32,000 bases of DNA from Sulfolobus acidocaldarius DSM 639 (GCF_000012285.1 NC_007181.1:1200001-1232000), one strand, 5' to 3'. Positions 1 through 13,061 are shown, numbered from the stretch's first letter. Translations and numbers: made by a program. The notes: a model not told the origin generated them from the letters alone.

Positions 1-21
1 AGCGATATTATTTCTTCCACG

Positions 22-29
22 TTTTTATA
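22..29 (+). promoter_or_regulatory. Candidate archaeal TATA box for argF (leaderless-type spacing)
   Basis: TTTTTATA at 22-29. Its centre lies about 27 nt upstream of the ATG at 53, leaving no room for a Shine-Dalgarno leader. Confidence 0.4.
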
Positions 30-52
30 GTAGCGTATTTAAAAATAAAAAT

Positions 53-973
53 ATGTTAAAGGGTAAAAGCCTACTAACGTTGTTGGATTTCTCGAATTAT
101 GAGATAGAAAGTATTATAAATCTATCATTCTCTATGAAGAGCTTTGTTAATTTAAACAGTGTTCCTAAAACTTTAGAAAATAAAAAGATAGCTCTAATTT
201 TCGAGAAGCCTAGTACTAGGACCAGAATAAGTACCGAGTTAGCTGTAAAGCTTCTTGGGGGTACTAGTATAGTCTTGTCTAAATCAGATATTCAACTAGG
301 AAGAGGAGAAACTGTAGAAGATACTGCTAGAGTTCTAGGAAGATATGTGGATGGCATAGGTGCACGAGTTCTAAATCATAATAGCCTTGAAATACTATCA
401 AAGTATTCTCGGAAGCCTGTCATAAATCTGTTGAGTGATGTATCCCATCCCTTACAAGCGCTAACTGATTTTATGACTGTCAAAGAGAGATTTGGTACGT
501 ACACGAATATGGCATTTATAGGAGATGGAACGGACAACGTGCTAACAAGCCTTATGGAGTTTGTGTCTAAGATGGGATTAGAATTAAGGGTAGCCAGTCC
601 AAAGGAGTTCAGACCAAAGCAAGAGGTATGGCGTAGAATAGAAGAGGAGAGTGAAAAAAGTGGTGCGATCATAGAGTTTTATGAAGATCCTTATGAGGCT
701 GTAAGGGGAGTGAAGGTTGTTTATACGGATGTATGGGTAAGTATGGGGCAGGAGAGTATAGCAGAAGAGAAGAAAAAGAAGTTGAAAGACTATAAAGTAA
801 CCAGAGATTTAATGAGATATGCCAGTAAAGACGCAATTTTTATGCATTGCTTACCTGCAGTTAGAGGTGAGGAAGTCGAGGATGATGTAATAGACGGTCA
901 TCAAAGTGCTGTGTGGGATCAGGCTGAGAACAGACTTTATACTGCTATGGCTGTGCTTTCTCTATTTATTTAA
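53..973 (+). CDS. argF: Ornithine carbamoyltransferase
   Basis: 306-aa ORF with the carbamoyl-phosphate motif STRTR, plus SHPLQ, DVWVSMG and HCLPA. The last two are typical of ornithine rather than aspartate carbamoyltransferase. Confidence 0.9.
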   Translation: MLKGKSLLTLLDFSNYEIESIINLSFSMKSFVNLNSVPKTLENKKIALIFEKPSTRTRISTELAVKLLGGTSIVLSKSDIQLGRGETVEDTARVLGRYVDGIGARVLNHNSLEILSKYSRKPVINLLSDVSHPLQALTDFMTVKERFGTYTNMAFIGDGTDNVLTSLMEFVSKMGLELRVASPKEFRPKQEVWRRIEEESEKSGAIIEFYEDPYEAVRGVKVVYTDVWVSMGQESIAEEKKKKLKDYKVTRDLMRYASKDAIFMHCLPAVRGEEVEDDVIDGHQSAVWDQAENRLYTAMAVLSLFI

Positions 974-2198
974 AAAGAAACTCATCTATTCTTCTTTGAC
1001 CAATTATTTTCTTTATACTCTTAAGACCCAATAAGTTGATTTTATCATTAGCTTCCAGGTTTGTATTTACGTACTTTAATGACTCTTCGATCGTATTGAA
1101 GGTTTTGGGTTTATTTTCTAATGCTCTTTTTACAGTCTCTCTTATGTGCCAATTACCTACTGGTGCAAAGTAGTCTTTAGTTATCTCCCTTATTATTATG
1201 ATACCAGCTTGTCTTCTTCTCTTATATAGTTTTTCTATTATTGAAAATCTAGCTGCAATATATCCACCATCTAGAGAGTCATATTCACCCCAATAATTCT
1301 CAGATAGTTCGCTTATTATTAATTCCGTAGTCCATAAAGATAATGGGTGCCATATTTCTATCCAAGTGGAGCTATGTGAAGAAGGATATAGAATTATATG
1401 AAAATGATTGCCTAAATAAGATCCATAATAGTACTCTACATTATCTATTGTGTCTAGAGTTCTGATATTATCTAAAAGATAATTGCCTACAATCTGATCT
1501 ACTGCTGTTATGCTCCACCTAGTCGGCACTAATTTCCTGTTTCTTTTAAGTCCTAGAAAACCAAGAGAGAAAGCACTTATAATCCTGTAGTAGTTTTCAT
1601 TGTCTAAGTAGAGCTTAATTACACTTTCCTCTGCTTTAAGGTCATCAAATATGAGTTTTTGAATTGTTCTGGGCACTTTAGGATTTTCACTGACTTTTAT
1701 TGACTGAACAGTGAGAGATGGTCCTCTGGGTATTAGAATACCATCAAATTTAAGTTTAGGAACTATTTTCCCAGAACTGTCTGTTTCTGAAACTACAGGT
1801 TTTTCAGATATTCCAGCCAAAGAGATTTCTTTTTCATATAATTTGTACGGGTCTCTAACATTTAGCCCGCCTAATATTGTTGAAATTAGGGAACTTCTTA
1901 TGGATATTATGTCATTAAGGCTCTTTCTTCCCCACCAGCCCTCTGGATTCTCGTAATCTTTTGCTTCTTCTCCTATAACTCCAGGTGGTATATTATAAAC
2001 TAGAGATACTTTCGGATAATTTTTTTCTCCAATTAAAATGCTAGGGGGCGTAGATCCCTCTATTTTATTATTGATTACTATTTTACTTACAGTACTTGTT
2101 ACATTTTTGAACCTTTCAAGTATTGGACATATTGATAAGCCACATAAATATTTATGTCCCTTGCACTTGATACATAACTCTGCTGGTATTTTTGGCAA
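966..2198 (-). CDS. Nre-family (Nre_N/Nre_C, former DUF650/DUF651) putative DNA-repair protein with a C-terminal PIP box
   Basis: 410-aa ORF. It has an N-terminal Cys cluster [17 protein letters not shown] and the motif [12 protein letters not shown], which I recall from archaeal Nre proteins. The extreme C-terminus [10 protein letters not shown] fits the PCNA-binding PIP consensus. Confidence 0.6.
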   Translation of the reverse strand: MPKIPAELCIKCKGHKYLCGLSICPILERFKNVTSTVSKIVINNKIEGSTPPSILIGEKNYPKVSLVYNIPPGVIGEEAKDYENPEGWWGRKSLNDIISIRSSLISTILGGLNVRDPYKLYEKEISLAGISEKPVVSETDSSGKIVPKLKFDGILIPRGPSLTVQSIKVSENPKVPRTIQKLIFDDLKAEESVIKLYLDNENYYRIISAFSLGFLGLKRNRKLVPTRWSITAVDQIVGNYLLDNIRTLDTIDNVEYYYGSYLGNHFHIILYPSSHSSTWIEIWHPLSLWTTELIISELSENYWGEYDSLDGGYIAARFSIIEKLYKRRRQAGIIIIREITKDYFAPVGNWHIRETVKRALENKPKTFNTIEESLKYVNTNLEANDKINLLGLKSIKKIIGQRRIDEFLFK

Positions 2199-2823
2199 TT
2201 TTTAGTTTCCTCAAAATACTCCATTCAATAATCTTAATCTTAGCTTTTATGTTCAAACCTATAGGACTAATTTCTATTTTGCCCTTTCTTATATGCTCTA
2301 GTATGTTATCAATATTGAACTCTGATATATCTTTGAAATAATTATATGCCGAGCCTAATGCCTGTATGACATGGGCATCACTGTTTGCAAGACCAGGCAG
2401 GTTCAAATTTTTAGATACCGCTAATGCCTTATCATTGGCATTTTTAGGTGCCTTGGAGTTATACACTTCAATTGCATCAAACTTATATTCGTAAACCTGT
2501 TTTCCTATGCCGGCTCTAAATATATCGAAAGGATGGGATGGAAAGACTATGCAGTTATTATCCTTTGCGTAATCTACTAATTTTGCTATTTCTCTAGGTG
2601 GAGAAGGAGGAAAATTACATAAAATTACAACATGTCCAAATTCTGTAGTAACTTCTTGTCCTGGTATAACTGGATAATCTTTAACTGTATAATAACCTTT
2701 TGAGGTGTCGTGGTCAGTTAGTGCTATAGCATCTAAGCCAATTCTTAAAGCATATTTTATTATATTTAGGGGTGATTCTCTTCCATCACTGAAAAAAGAG
2801 TGCACATGAAAATCAATTTTCAT
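2152..2823 (-). CDS. PHP-domain metal-dependent phosphoesterase
   Basis: 223-aa ORF with PHP metal-ligand motifs: N-terminal [17 protein letters not shown], an internal PSHP and SDAH. Its 3' end overlaps the Nre start by 47 nt. Confidence 0.8.
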   Translation of the reverse strand: MKIDFHVHSFFSDGRESPLNIIKYALRIGLDAIALTDHDTSKGYYTVKDYPVIPGQEVTTEFGHVVILCNFPPSPPREIAKLVDYAKDNNCIVFPSHPFDIFRAGIGKQVYEYKFDAIEVYNSKAPKNANDKALAVSKNLNLPGLANSDAHVIQALGSAYNYFKDISEFNIDNILEHIRKGKIEISPIGLNIKAKIKIIEWSILRKLKIAKNTSRVMYQVQGT

Positions 2824-3872
2824 ATATAGCCCAGCTCTTTCATAAGCTCAACTGTTAATACTGTAATCCCTGCTGCTCCTCTTATTAAATTGTCACCTAG
2901 AATAACTAGTCTTAACACGTTATTTTCATATCTCACTCTACCTACTGAAACTGCCATACCATTTTCTGCTATTACATCTATCATAGGTTGGGGTCTATCC
3001 TCTTCTTCTCTTACTATTAATGGCGTTTTTGGAGCAGTAGGAAGTCTTTTTTGTTGTGGTAAAGATTTGAAATTTTTGAGAGCGTACTTAATTTCCTCAA
3101 TACTAACTTTTTGATCTGTAATTAGGTTTATGACACCCATGTGACCGACCTTTATTGGAACTCTTATGGTGGTCGCTGTAACGTCTAGATTTGCTGGTTC
3201 TAACTTTTGGTTAATTACTTTGCCGTTCAGTTTAGTTAACTCTTTGGCTATTTTATCCTCCTCCCCTTTAATATAGGGAATCACGTTTCCATCCATTGCC
3301 ATAAAGGATAAGCCGTTATATCCAGCACCACTTACAGACTGCAAAGTTGTGATTAAAATCTTAGATTTTGTTGCTATTTCTAGTAGTGGCTTTATGGGCA
3401 TTGATAGAATTGCTGCTGTGCAGTTTGGGTTTTTAATTAAAAGTCCTTTCCATCCTTTTCTCTGTTGTTGCGCTTTAAGAAGTTCTAGATGTTCCCAATT
3501 TACTTCTGGATTAATGAGAGGCACGTCTGGATCCATTCTATAGGGGCTTGCGTTAGATATAACTATCTTTCCGTTTTTAACCAATTCGAGCTCTGCTCCT
3601 TCAGCTATATCATTTGGTAACGCAGATAATACTACATCTACGTCTTTGTGGTCTTCATAACTAGTTGAGACAACTGGAAGATTCCTTATGTTTTCTGGTA
3701 TATCCCCGGTTTCTATCCACTTTACAGAATCTTGATATCTTTTACCAACTTTGTTAGGCGAGGCACTTACTTTAACTAACTCTAAGTAAGGATGGTTTGC
3801 AAGTATTTTTACCATCTTTTGTCCTACCATTCCAGTAGAGCCAAGTAGTGATACTTTTAATTTATCGACCAA
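2820..3872 (-). CDS. asd: Aspartate-semialdehyde dehydrogenase
   Basis: 350-aa ORF with an N-terminal [10 protein letters not shown] Rossmann motif, active-site NPNCTAA and C-terminal RGAAG. Its position between aspartate kinase and thrC argues for asd rather than the paralogous Sulfolobales malonyl-CoA reductase. Confidence 0.8.
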   Translation of the reverse strand: MVDKLKVSLLGSTGMVGQKMVKILANHPYLELVKVSASPNKVGKRYQDSVKWIETGDIPENIRNLPVVSTSYEDHKDVDVVLSALPNDIAEGAELELVKNGKIVISNASPYRMDPDVPLINPEVNWEHLELLKAQQQRKGWKGLLIKNPNCTAAILSMPIKPLLEIATKSKILITTLQSVSGAGYNGLSFMAMDGNVIPYIKGEEDKIAKELTKLNGKVINQKLEPANLDVTATTIRVPIKVGHMGVINLITDQKVSIEEIKYALKNFKSLPQQKRLPTAPKTPLIVREEEDRPQPMIDVIAENGMAVSVGRVRYENNVLRLVILGDNLIRGAAGITVLTVELMKELGYI

Positions 3873-5196
3873 TTTACTACCACCTCATGAAGTTCTTTTG
3901 AAATGCTATCTAACTCTTTTTTGTCTACTATAAATGTTATACTTACTCCTTTCAAACCTCTTGACACAAATATTGGATTATACGATGATGCTTTTGACAA
4001 CACTTTGCTCGAAATTTCTTTATTTCTTAACCCACACCCCACTATGCTTACTGCACCTACCTCAGATAGTTCTATATTCTTAATTAAACCTGATAATTGG
4101 CTAAGTCTTTCTACGAATTTTTTCTGATCCTTCTGATCAACTACAAATTGTATAGTGGTTTCAGAAGCAGGCTGGGAAAGAGCTATAATGTTTACGTTTG
4201 CGTTTTTGGCTTCTGATGTTATCGTGGAGGCAGAACCTATTTTTCCTACTATCCTGGTACTTTCAATAGTTATAAGACTTAAGCCTTCTTTAGTTGTAAT
4301 TCCCTTTAATCCATCTTTACTTGTGCATAACCCTTCTATAATGGTGCATCCTTCTTCATAAAGTCCTTCAATTATCACTTTCATGTTAGCATCAAAAAGG
4401 GGATCAAATGTTCTAGGATGTAGTTTCTTAGCACCCAGCTGTGATAATTCTATTGCCTCTTCCAATGATAATCTTTGTATAGTTACTGAATTGCTAATTT
4501 TTCTAGGATCTGCAGTCATTATCCCTGGAACTTCTGTAACCAATCTTACTTCCTTTGCATCTACCAGCTTTCCAATCAATGTTGCCGTATAGTCGCTTCC
4601 TCCTCTACCAATCGTAGTATATCTGTTATTCTTACTTTTACCTATAAAGCCAGGTAACACAACTATTTTTTGTTGGCTTTCTTCTAATTTTTTAGATAAT
4701 AACTCCTTAGAGTCCTCTAATAACACATTCGCCTCACTGTAATTCTCGTCGGTAACTATTGGCGGTTCTATTAAGTTATTTACGCTAAACTTTCTGGTTC
4801 TCAGGAATGAAGATAGAAGAATTACTGCTAATCTTTCTCCGAAAGATAGAATATAATCTTTTACCCTAGGTGTCGCTTCGTCTAACACCCTTATTGACCA
4901 TGCTATTCTATATAATTCGTCTACCAGCCTTGATATATCTCTAAATGCTTTTTCAAATTCAATTCCATCAACTAGCTTTGACAAGAGTTTTATGTGTTTA
5001 TCGTATATTTCTGTGACCTTATCAACTGCCTTATCAGTCTCATTTATTACTGAAGTAAGTTGATCTGTAACTCCCTTAATTGCTGAAGTTACAATTAGAG
5101 TTCTGTTCTCGTCACTGTATTTGGAGATTTTGTCAGCTATTAATTCATAATCTTTTTCATCTTTCTGGATTGAACCACCGATTTTTATTACTTTTA

Positions 5197-5200
<4 letters not shown>
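3857..5200 (-). CDS. Aspartate kinase
   Basis: 447-aa ORF with an amino-acid-kinase N-terminus (VIKIGGSI) and GRGGSDYTA. The C-terminal roughly 130 aa look like ACT regulatory repeats. The gene overlaps thrC (4 nt) and asd (16 nt). Confidence 0.85.
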
Positions 5201-6375
<1,175 letters not shown>

Positions 6376-6476
6376 ATGTCCTTTCTTGTTTCCAACAACA
6401 AATCACCACACTAACGGTAGCTCATTTTAAATTCGAAAATATAAGCTTTTACCCTCGGTCTTTAACATATATAGTA

Positions 6477-7928
6477 ATGGGGTTCAAGGATTTAAGAGAA
6501 TATATTGAATTTCTTAGGAGAAATAAGAATATTTTAGAGATTAGTGATGAAGTCTCCACGGAATTAGAGATAGCCTATCTAACGAGAGAAGCCACGTATT
6601 CTAAAATGCCTGCATTACTATTTACTAATGTTAAAAATTTCCCAGAATGGAAAGTAATTACTAATATTTTTAATTCACTTAATGTCTTCTATAACATTTT
6701 CGGATCTAATAAACTTGAGGAGATTTCTGGTAAATTTCTTGATGAGTTTTTAGGTCAGTTACCTACAACGTTCTTTGAGAAGATACGAAGCTTTGCTGAG
6801 ATGAGTAAGTTAGGAAAGGTCTTTCCTAAATCTAAAAAGCCGGTTTTTGAACTGCATGAGGAGTATTCGCTTGATAAGTTTCCAGCTCTAAGGACATGGC
6901 CCAAAGACGCTGGAAGGTACTTTACTTTCTCTATTACTATTACGAAGGATCCTGATACAGAGGTGCATAACTTAAGTGTTTACAGAATTCAGCTAGTTAA
7001 CCAGAAAGAAGCTATAGTGCATTGGCAAGCATTTAAAAGAGGAAGTATCACAGCCAATAAATATCTGAAAAAGGGGATAACAAAGGTTCCTGTAGCAATA
7101 ATCAACGGTGTTGATCCTATAACTACGTTTGTCGCAGCATCTCCTGTTCCTCCTGGTCTTGATAAATATTTATTTGCTGGTATACTTAGACAAGAAGGAG
7201 TAGAAGTAACCCGTTTAGATAACGGAATTTTGGTTCCAGCTAATGCTGAATCAGTAATAGAAGGATATGTTGATTTGAACGATGTGAGATTAGAGGGTCC
7301 ATTCGGTGACCATTTGGGATATTATACTCCAGCAGACTTTTACCCCACATTGAAAGTCGAAAGAATTTATGTTAGGGATCAGCCAATATTTCACGCCACA
7401 TCTGTTGGTAAACCACCTTTAGAAGATGCATGGATTGGAAGAGCAGTCGAAAGATTATTTCTACCTTTCCTCAAAATGATCGTACCGGAATTAGTTGATA
7501 TGAATTTACCTGAATACGGTCTATTTACAGGTATTGGAATATTCTCGATTAGAAAAACTTATCCTGGGCAAGGAAAAAGGGCTATGATGGCATTATGGGG
7601 GGTGGGGCAATTGAGTTTACTGAAAATGATTATAGTTGTTGATGAAGATGTAAATGTACATGATATCAACCAGATACTCTACGCGATATCTAGCACAGTT
7701 GATCCCAAAAGAGATGTGCTAATTGTAGATAATGTATTGACAGACTCTTTGGATCATACGACTCCACATCCTCCTCTTGGTAGTAAAATAGGTATTGACG
7801 CTACAAGGAAATTCAGAGAGGAAGTTGGTAGGGAATGGCCAGAAGAGGTTTCGGACGATCCTGAAGTTGTAAAAAGGATGGAAAAGATTTTGAAAAAAAT
7901 TAAAGATCAATATCCTCTCTCAAAGTAA
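6477..7928 (+). CDS. UbiD-family (prenylated-FMN dependent) decarboxylase
   Basis: The family motif [11 protein letters not shown] and the overall size (483 aa from the ATG at 6477) fit UbiD. The ORF-track start at 6309 adds 56 low-complexity residues that overlap thrC on the other strand. [14 protein letters not shown] is a typical UbiD N-terminus. Confidence 0.8.
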   Translation: MGFKDLREYIEFLRRNKNILEISDEVSTELEIAYLTREATYSKMPALLFTNVKNFPEWKVITNIFNSLNVFYNIFGSNKLEEISGKFLDEFLGQLPTTFFEKIRSFAEMSKLGKVFPKSKKPVFELHEEYSLDKFPALRTWPKDAGRYFTFSITITKDPDTEVHNLSVYRIQLVNQKEAIVHWQAFKRGSITANKYLKKGITKVPVAIINGVDPITTFVAASPVPPGLDKYLFAGILRQEGVEVTRLDNGILVPANAESVIEGYVDLNDVRLEGPFGDHLGYYTPADFYPTLKVERIYVRDQPIFHATSVGKPPLEDAWIGRAVERLFLPFLKMIVPELVDMNLPEYGLFTGIGIFSIRKTYPGQGKRAMMALWGVGQLSLLKMIIVVDEDVNVHDINQILYAISSTVDPKRDVLIVDNVLTDSLDHTTPHPPLGSKIGIDATRKFREEVGREWPEEVSDDPEVVKRMEKILKKIKDQYPLSK

Positions 7929-8187
7929 TGTCACTATCCTCAGCTCTGTATACTATACTTACCCTTTTTAAAGTATCAAGTTTAAGGGGAATTCTAATTG
8001 ATTTTTCTGGTTCGACCTCTTTTTCCAAAGAGACTTCCTCCGTTATCAATTTAGGAACTCTCTCCATCTCATAGCCAAATGTAGTTACTTCATACGATAA
8101 TGCCACTCTTCTAAGTAACACCTTTTTAGGAGTGTTATTAATTATCTCCAACTGGTTTTGTTTCTTCTCTAGTTTGAAAAGTCTCAT
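7900..8187 (-). CDS. Hypothetical protein (95 aa), divergent from the ESCRT-III gene
   Basis: An ORF with a well-placed TATA-like box upstream (8211-8220). I recognise no motif. Its 3' end overlaps the UbiD gene by 29 nt. Confidence 0.45.
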   Translation of the reverse strand: MRLFKLEKKQNQLEIINNTPKKVLLRRVALSYEVTTFGYEMERVPKLITEEVSLEKEVEPEKSIRIPLKLDTLKRVSIVYRAEDSDITLREDIDL

Positions 8188-8210
8188 TCAATTACCCATT
8201 TGGTTAGGAG

Positions 8211-8220
8211 TATTATAAAT
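8211..8220 (-). promoter_or_regulatory. Candidate TATA box for the 95-aa ORF
   Basis: The minus strand reads ATTTATAATA, centred about 28 nt upstream of the ATG at 8187. Confidence 0.35.
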
Positions 8221-8226
8221 GTTTCC

Positions 8227-8235
8227 TTTTTTAAA
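8227..8235 (+). promoter_or_regulatory. Candidate TATA box for the ESCRT-III paralog gene
   Basis: TTTTTTAAA at 8227-8235 predicts a transcription start near 8257 and a short leader before the ATG at 8272. Confidence 0.3.
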
Positions 8236-8268
8236 GGTAAATCGGCGGAAGAATATACTACGAGATAG

Positions 8269-8931
<663 letters not shown>

Positions 8932-8945
8932 ATTCAATAATGAGA

Positions 8946-8951
8946 TTTTTT
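8946..8951 (+). terminator. T-tract candidate archaeal terminator after the ESCRT-III gene
   Basis: A T6 run lies 15 nt downstream of the stop codon. Confidence 0.35.
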
Positions 8952-8965
8952 GATATGTCAGAAAC

Positions 8966-8973
8966 TTTTTTTA
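8966..8973 (+). promoter_or_regulatory. Candidate TATA box for ppsA (leaderless spacing)
   Basis: TTTTTTAA is centred about 26 nt upstream of the ATG at 8995. Confidence 0.4.
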
Positions 8974-8994
8974 ATATATAAGTAGGAAATATTT

Positions 8995-11373
8995 ATGGGA
9001 ACTGTTTTGGATTCTTCACTTATAGAGGGGGAGCTTGTCCTAGATCTCAAAAATGTATCAAAAGATATGATTGAGGTAGTAGGGGGGAAGGCTGCTAATT
9101 TAGGGGAGTTATTATCACTGGGTATAAGAGTACCTCCAGGTTTTGTAATAACTTCAAATGCATTCAGATATTTCCTAAAATATAATGGATTATATGATGT
9201 TATAAAAAACATATTTGAAAATGATAAAGACGAGAAAAAGGTTAGTGAGAAAGTAAAGAGTCTTATTTTAAACGCAGAAATACCTCCAGATCTAAAGAAA
9301 GCTATATCTGACGCGTACGAACAGTTAGAAAAAATATCTAATAAGGAAGTTCTTGTCGCCGTAAGATCTTCTGCTACTGTAGAGGATATTGAGGAGGCAA
9401 GCTTTGCGGGCCAACAGGATACCTTTCTTAACGTAAGTAAAAATGATTTATTCAGTTACATTAAGAAAGTCTGGGCTAGTTTACACAATGAGAGGGCTAT
9501 CTCTTATAGAAATGCAAAAGGCATAGATCACTTATCAGCCCATATGGCTGTGGTAGTACAAAAAATGGTTAATGCTAAAGCTGCAGGGGTAATGTTCACG
9601 TTACATCCTTCAACTGGGGACACAAATTATGTGATTATAGAGTCTAATTGGGGTCTTGGGGAAAGCGTGGTAGGAGGTAAAGTTACTCCCGACGAAATAG
9701 TAATAGATAAATCTACGCTTAAAATAGTTCAGAAGCGTATATCTCATAAGACAATTAAAGTCACCTATGATAAGCAGATGAAGAAAAACGTTGAGTTAAA
9801 GTTAGATGAGAACGAAGCCAATTCGATTTCTATAACTGAGGAGGAGGCGAAAGAACTAGCTAAACTAGCTCTTAAAGTTGAACAGCATTATGAAAGGCCT
9901 ATGGATATTGAATGGGCTATAGATAGTGATATTAAATTTCCGGAGAACATATTTTTGCTTCAAGCCAGACCGGAAACATACTGGTCTTCTAAGCAAGTTA
10001 AACCCAAAGAAGAAGTGTTAGTTAAAGCATCTGTTGGAAAAATATTGACCAAAGGATTACCTGCTAGTCCTGGAATAGCATATGGTAAGGCTAGAGTGAT
10101 ACTGGATATTAAAGATGCTGGATCTTTCAATCAGGGAGAGATCTTAGTGACCAGAATGACTGATCCAGATTGGGTTCCTCTAATGAAAATAGCTTCTGGA
10201 ATAGTCACAGATGAGGGTGGAATGACGAGCCATGCGGCAATAGTATCAAGAGAATTAGGTATTCCAGCTGTAGTAGGTACGGGAAATGCTACAAATAGTA
10301 TTAAAGATGGGCAACAGATTACCATAGATGCTTTTAGGGGTATAGTATATGAAGGAAAAATAGAGTTTGAAGAAGAGGTTAAAGAAAAGCAAACTGTAAG
10401 TGGGATTTCTGGTATCTCAAAGGAAACAATATTGAGTTTATACCCGGTAACAGCAACCAAGATTTACATGAATCTTGGGCAACCAGATGTGATAAATAAA
10501 TACTTGGACTTGCCATTCGATGGAATTGGTCTTATGAGAATCGAGTTTATAGTCAGTGAATGGATTAAATATCATCCCTTATACCTGATAAAAAATGGTA
10601 AGCCTGAAGTATTTGTGGATAAATTAGCAGAGGGTATTAGTATAGTAGCTTCAGCAATATATCCAAGACCAGTGGTAGTTAGATTTTCTGATTTTAAGAC
10701 CAATGAGTACAAGAGGCTATATGGTGGAGATGAGTTTGAGCCTGATGAAAGAAACCCCATGTTAGGATGGAGGGGTGTTTCAAGATACATAAGTAAGCAA
10801 TACGAACCTGCATTCAGATTGGAGGTTAAAGCAATTAGGAAAGTTAGAGAAGAAATGGGTTTAAAGAATGTTTGGGTTATGTTCCCGTTTGTGAGAACGT
10901 CATGGGAGTTGAAGAAAGCAATTGAAATAATGGAGGATGAGGGTCTAAGGAGGAATCAAGAGTTTAAGGTATGGATAATGGCTGAAGTACCCTCTGTAGT
11001 AATATTGGCAGATGAGTTTTCAAAAATAGTCGATGGATATAGTATTGGAAGTAATGATCTGGCTCAATTAACCTTAGGTGTAGATAGGGACTCTGATTTA
11101 TTAGCAAGAATGGGATACTATGACGAGAGAGATCCTGCTGTTCTTAAAGGTATAAAGACTCTAATTTCTGTGGCGCATAAGTATGGCAAGACCGTATCTA
11201 TATGTGGTCAAGCTCCTAGTGTATATCCTGAGGTTGTTGAATTTCTCGTTCGTGCTGGTATAGATAGTATAAGTGTTAATCCGGATGCAGTAATAAGTGT
11301 GAGGAGACAAGTAGCCTCAGTAGAACAAAAAATATTATTAGAGGGATTATCGAAAAACAAGAGAAAATCTTGA
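8995..11373 (+). CDS. ppsA: Phosphoenolpyruvate synthase (pyruvate, water dikinase)
   Basis: 792-aa ORF with an N-terminal ATP-grasp (GGKAANLGE), the phosphohistidine swivel motif [21 protein letters not shown] and a C-terminal PEP-utilising barrel (IGSNDLAQL). Confidence 0.9.
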   Translation: MGTVLDSSLIEGELVLDLKNVSKDMIEVVGGKAANLGELLSLGIRVPPGFVITSNAFRYFLKYNGLYDVIKNIFENDKDEKKVSEKVKSLILNAEIPPDLKKAISDAYEQLEKISNKEVLVAVRSSATVEDIEEASFAGQQDTFLNVSKNDLFSYIKKVWASLHNERAISYRNAKGIDHLSAHMAVVVQKMVNAKAAGVMFTLHPSTGDTNYVIIESNWGLGESVVGGKVTPDEIVIDKSTLKIVQKRISHKTIKVTYDKQMKKNVELKLDENEANSISITEEEAKELAKLALKVEQHYERPMDIEWAIDSDIKFPENIFLLQARPETYWSSKQVKPKEEVLVKASVGKILTKGLPASPGIAYGKARVILDIKDAGSFNQGEILVTRMTDPDWVPLMKIASGIVTDEGGMTSHAAIVSRELGIPAVVGTGNATNSIKDGQQITIDAFRGIVYEGKIEFEEEVKEKQTVSGISGISKETILSLYPVTATKIYMNLGQPDVINKYLDLPFDGIGLMRIEFIVSEWIKYHPLYLIKNGKPEVFVDKLAEGISIVASAIYPRPVVVRFSDFKTNEYKRLYGGDEFEPDERNPMLGWRGVSRYISKQYEPAFRLEVKAIRKVREEMGLKNVWVMFPFVRTSWELKKAIEIMEDEGLRRNQEFKVWIMAEVPSVVILADEFSKIVDGYSIGSNDLAQLTLGVDRDSDLLARMGYYDERDPAVLKGIKTLISVAHKYGKTVSICGQAPSVYPEVVEFLVRAGIDSISVNPDAVISVRRQVASVEQKILLEGLSKNKRKS

Positions 11374-11374
11374 G

Positions 11375-11659
11375 CTAATGAATATAACAATTTTTACAAT
11401 ATCTTCTTACGCCATCATTATATCCAACACATTTTTCACAAATAATTTTTCCACACTTCTCACATTTACCTATTGACAACTTTTCACCACATACTTCACA
11501 TAAACTCATTTCACATACTTTACAAATATTCTTCTCTTCATTAAAATCTAGTTTACAAACATTTCTTCCGCATATTTTACATTCGAAAGTTCCTATTTCC
11601 TCTTCACATATTTCACATTTCAATGAACTTTCTAAACCACCTATAAGCTTCTTCATCAT
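11375..11659 (-). CDS. Small multi-CxxC zinc-binding protein (tandem B-box-like modules)
   Basis: 94 aa with 15 Cys, including seven CxxC pairs arranged as two homologous modules. The start is uncertain: the ATG at 11659 overlaps the upstream gene by 47 nt. An in-frame TTG at 11623, preceded by GGTGG, is an alternative. Confidence 0.6.
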   Translation of the reverse strand: MMKKLIGGLESSLKCEICEEEIGTFECKICGRNVCKLDFNEEKNICKVCEMSLCEVCGEKLSIGKCEKCGKIICEKCVGYNDGVRRYCKNCYIH

Positions 11660-12689
11660 CTTTCGCCTGAATAGGAGGATGTTTAAAGTAAAATGCTGAT
11701 AGCTCTACTAAAGGACCTCCTATTCCTCTATCAAGTGCTACTTTTACACCTCTTATCGCGTCAACTAATACTGCTGCTGCATTTGATTTATCGTCAACCT
11801 CTAGCATTGCCTCTACTTTTACAGGCATTCCCGCAAACCCAGATCCTTTCGTATATATGTATGCTACCTTAGTGTTTCCAAGGAACGGAATATAGTCTGA
11901 GGGACCTATTCTTATTCTTCCTTCTCTCTCAAGGTAGTCATTCTCTAGGGTACTGGTAACAGCTTTAGTTTTGCTTATTCTCTTTGTATAGAGCCTTTCT
12001 TCAGTTTTCATATTTAAGAAATCTGTATTTCCTCCAACATTTAATTGATAAGTCTCTTCCACCTTAACCCCTCTAAGTCTGAATAATGATGTTAATGTCC
12101 TGTGAAGTATTGTTGCACCTACTTGTCCCTTTATGTCATCTCCAGCTAACGGTAAATTCTTTTTCTGAAATAATGTCGGAAATTCCTTTTTAGGATCGCT
12201 AGCTATGAATACAGGAATAGCATTTATGAATGCGACGTTAGCTTCAAGGGCTGCTCTAGCATATGTTCTACTTGCTCTCTCGCTTCCTACAGGTAAAAGG
12301 TTTATTAATATTTCAGTTTTTGAGTCTTTAAGTTCCTGTATTACATTTTCTATTTTTGCATCATCTACTGGATTAAATACATCGATCATATGAGGGGCTA
12401 CTCCATCTAAAACCGGTCCTGGGCTTACTTTTACCCCTTTCTTTTCCATATTCACAATTTTAGGTGTTATATTAGGTTTTTCGAATATTGCTTCAGTTAT
12501 ATCTTTTCCAACTTTATTTTTCGAAATATCAAATGCAGCAACTACTTCTATGTCTGTTATCTTATATTTCCCTATAACAGGAGTTATAAGTCCCTCGTAG
12601 TAATTTTCTCCTCTTTGTTTATAATATTCTATTCCTTGAATTAACATAGAAGCAACATTGCCTAGTCCAGCGATAGCTACTTTAATCAT
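11613..12689 (-). CDS. myo-Inositol-1-phosphate synthase (archaeal type)
   Basis: 358-aa ORF with the N-terminal Rossmann motif [12 protein letters not shown]. The central region [21 protein letters not shown]...[10 protein letters not shown] aligns by eye with the Archaeoglobus-type MIPS family. Confidence 0.75.
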   Translation of the reverse strand: MIKVAIAGLGNVASMLIQGIEYYKQRGENYYEGLITPVIGKYKITDIEVVAAFDISKNKVGKDITEAIFEKPNITPKIVNMEKKGVKVSPGPVLDGVAPHMIDVFNPVDDAKIENVIQELKDSKTEILINLLPVGSERASRTYARAALEANVAFINAIPVFIASDPKKEFPTLFQKKNLPLAGDDIKGQVGATILHRTLTSLFRLRGVKVEETYQLNVGGNTDFLNMKTEERLYTKRISKTKAVTSTLENDYLEREGRIRIGPSDYIPFLGNTKVAYIYTKGSGFAGMPVKVEAMLEVDDKSNAAAVLVDAIRGVKVALDRGIGGPLVELSAFYFKHPPIQAKDDEEAYRWFRKFIEM

Positions 12690-12725
12690 ACACTATTTAT
12701 ACAATGCAAGATGTTAAAATATATT

Positions 12726-12772
12726 GTGATGAGAGAATATATCTGAACGGTGAAGAAGTGGAGCGACTCTGA
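12726..12772 (+). ncRNA. Weak candidate C/D-box sRNA overlapping the acyP 5' end
   Basis: C box GTGATGA (12726-12732), 10 nt, D' CTGA (12743-12746), 3 nt, C'-like GTGAAGA (12750-12756), 12 nt, D CTGA (12769-12772). TATTTATA at 12694-12701 sits at the right distance for a transcript starting near 12724. The terminal stem is poor and the D' spacer is non-canonical. Confidence 0.25.
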
Positions 12773-13061
12773 GGTGAAATTAATGGGTGGATTGAAGAGA
12801 ATGTATGTTATAGTTTATGGTATAGTTCAAGGTGTAGGATATAGAAGATTTATACAAATTCATGCAGCTAGATTAGGTATAAAAGGTTACGCTAAGAATC
12901 TGCCTGACGGGTCAGTGGAAATTTTGGCAGAGGGATATGAGGAGGCTCTATATAAACTCTTAGATCAGATAAAAAGAGGACCTCCACTATCTAAAGTTGA
13001 AAAAGTTGATGTGAAATTTGATGACTACACAGGGGAATTCGCTAGCTTTGACACATACTAA
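12750..13061 (+). CDS. acyP: Acylphosphatase
   Basis: Signature motifs [13 protein letters not shown] and [12 protein letters not shown]. The GTG start gives the N-terminal tail MKKWSD, which I recall from the characterised Sulfolobus acylphosphatase. ATG alternatives lie at 12783 and 12801. Confidence 0.85.
   Translation: MKKWSDSEVKLMGGLKRMYVIVYGIVQGVGYRRFIQIHAARLGIKGYAKNLPDGSVEILAEGYEEALYKLLDQIKRGPPLSKVEKVDVKFDDYTGEFASFDTY

Noticed and set aside
376-672. 98-aa minus-strand ORF inside argF. The same class of short ORFs occurs opposite long genes elsewhere, for example 1711-1956, 2890-3114, 3349-3543, 3903-4592, 5495-5701, 6107-6430, 7719-7910, 8958-9212, 10131-10790, 11208-11390, 12205-12393, 13077-13328, 13839-14072, 15871-16059, 16462-16758, 17803-18036, 18461-18811, 25511-25717, 27032-27214, 28680-28865, 29166-29354 and 30224-30496.
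   Set aside because: All lie antisense to, or out of frame within, strongly supported genes. They have low-complexity Ser/Leu/Ile/Phe-rich translations typical of shadow ORFs in AT-rich DNA, and no independent promoter or motif support.
2820-3872. Possibility that the asd-like gene is the Sulfolobales malonyl-CoA reductase of the 3-hydroxypropionate/4-hydroxybutyrate cycle, which is an asd paralog
   Set aside because: The gene overlaps aspartate kinase and lies in one unit with thrC, which favours genuine aspartate-semialdehyde dehydrogenase. This cannot be fully excluded without phylogeny.
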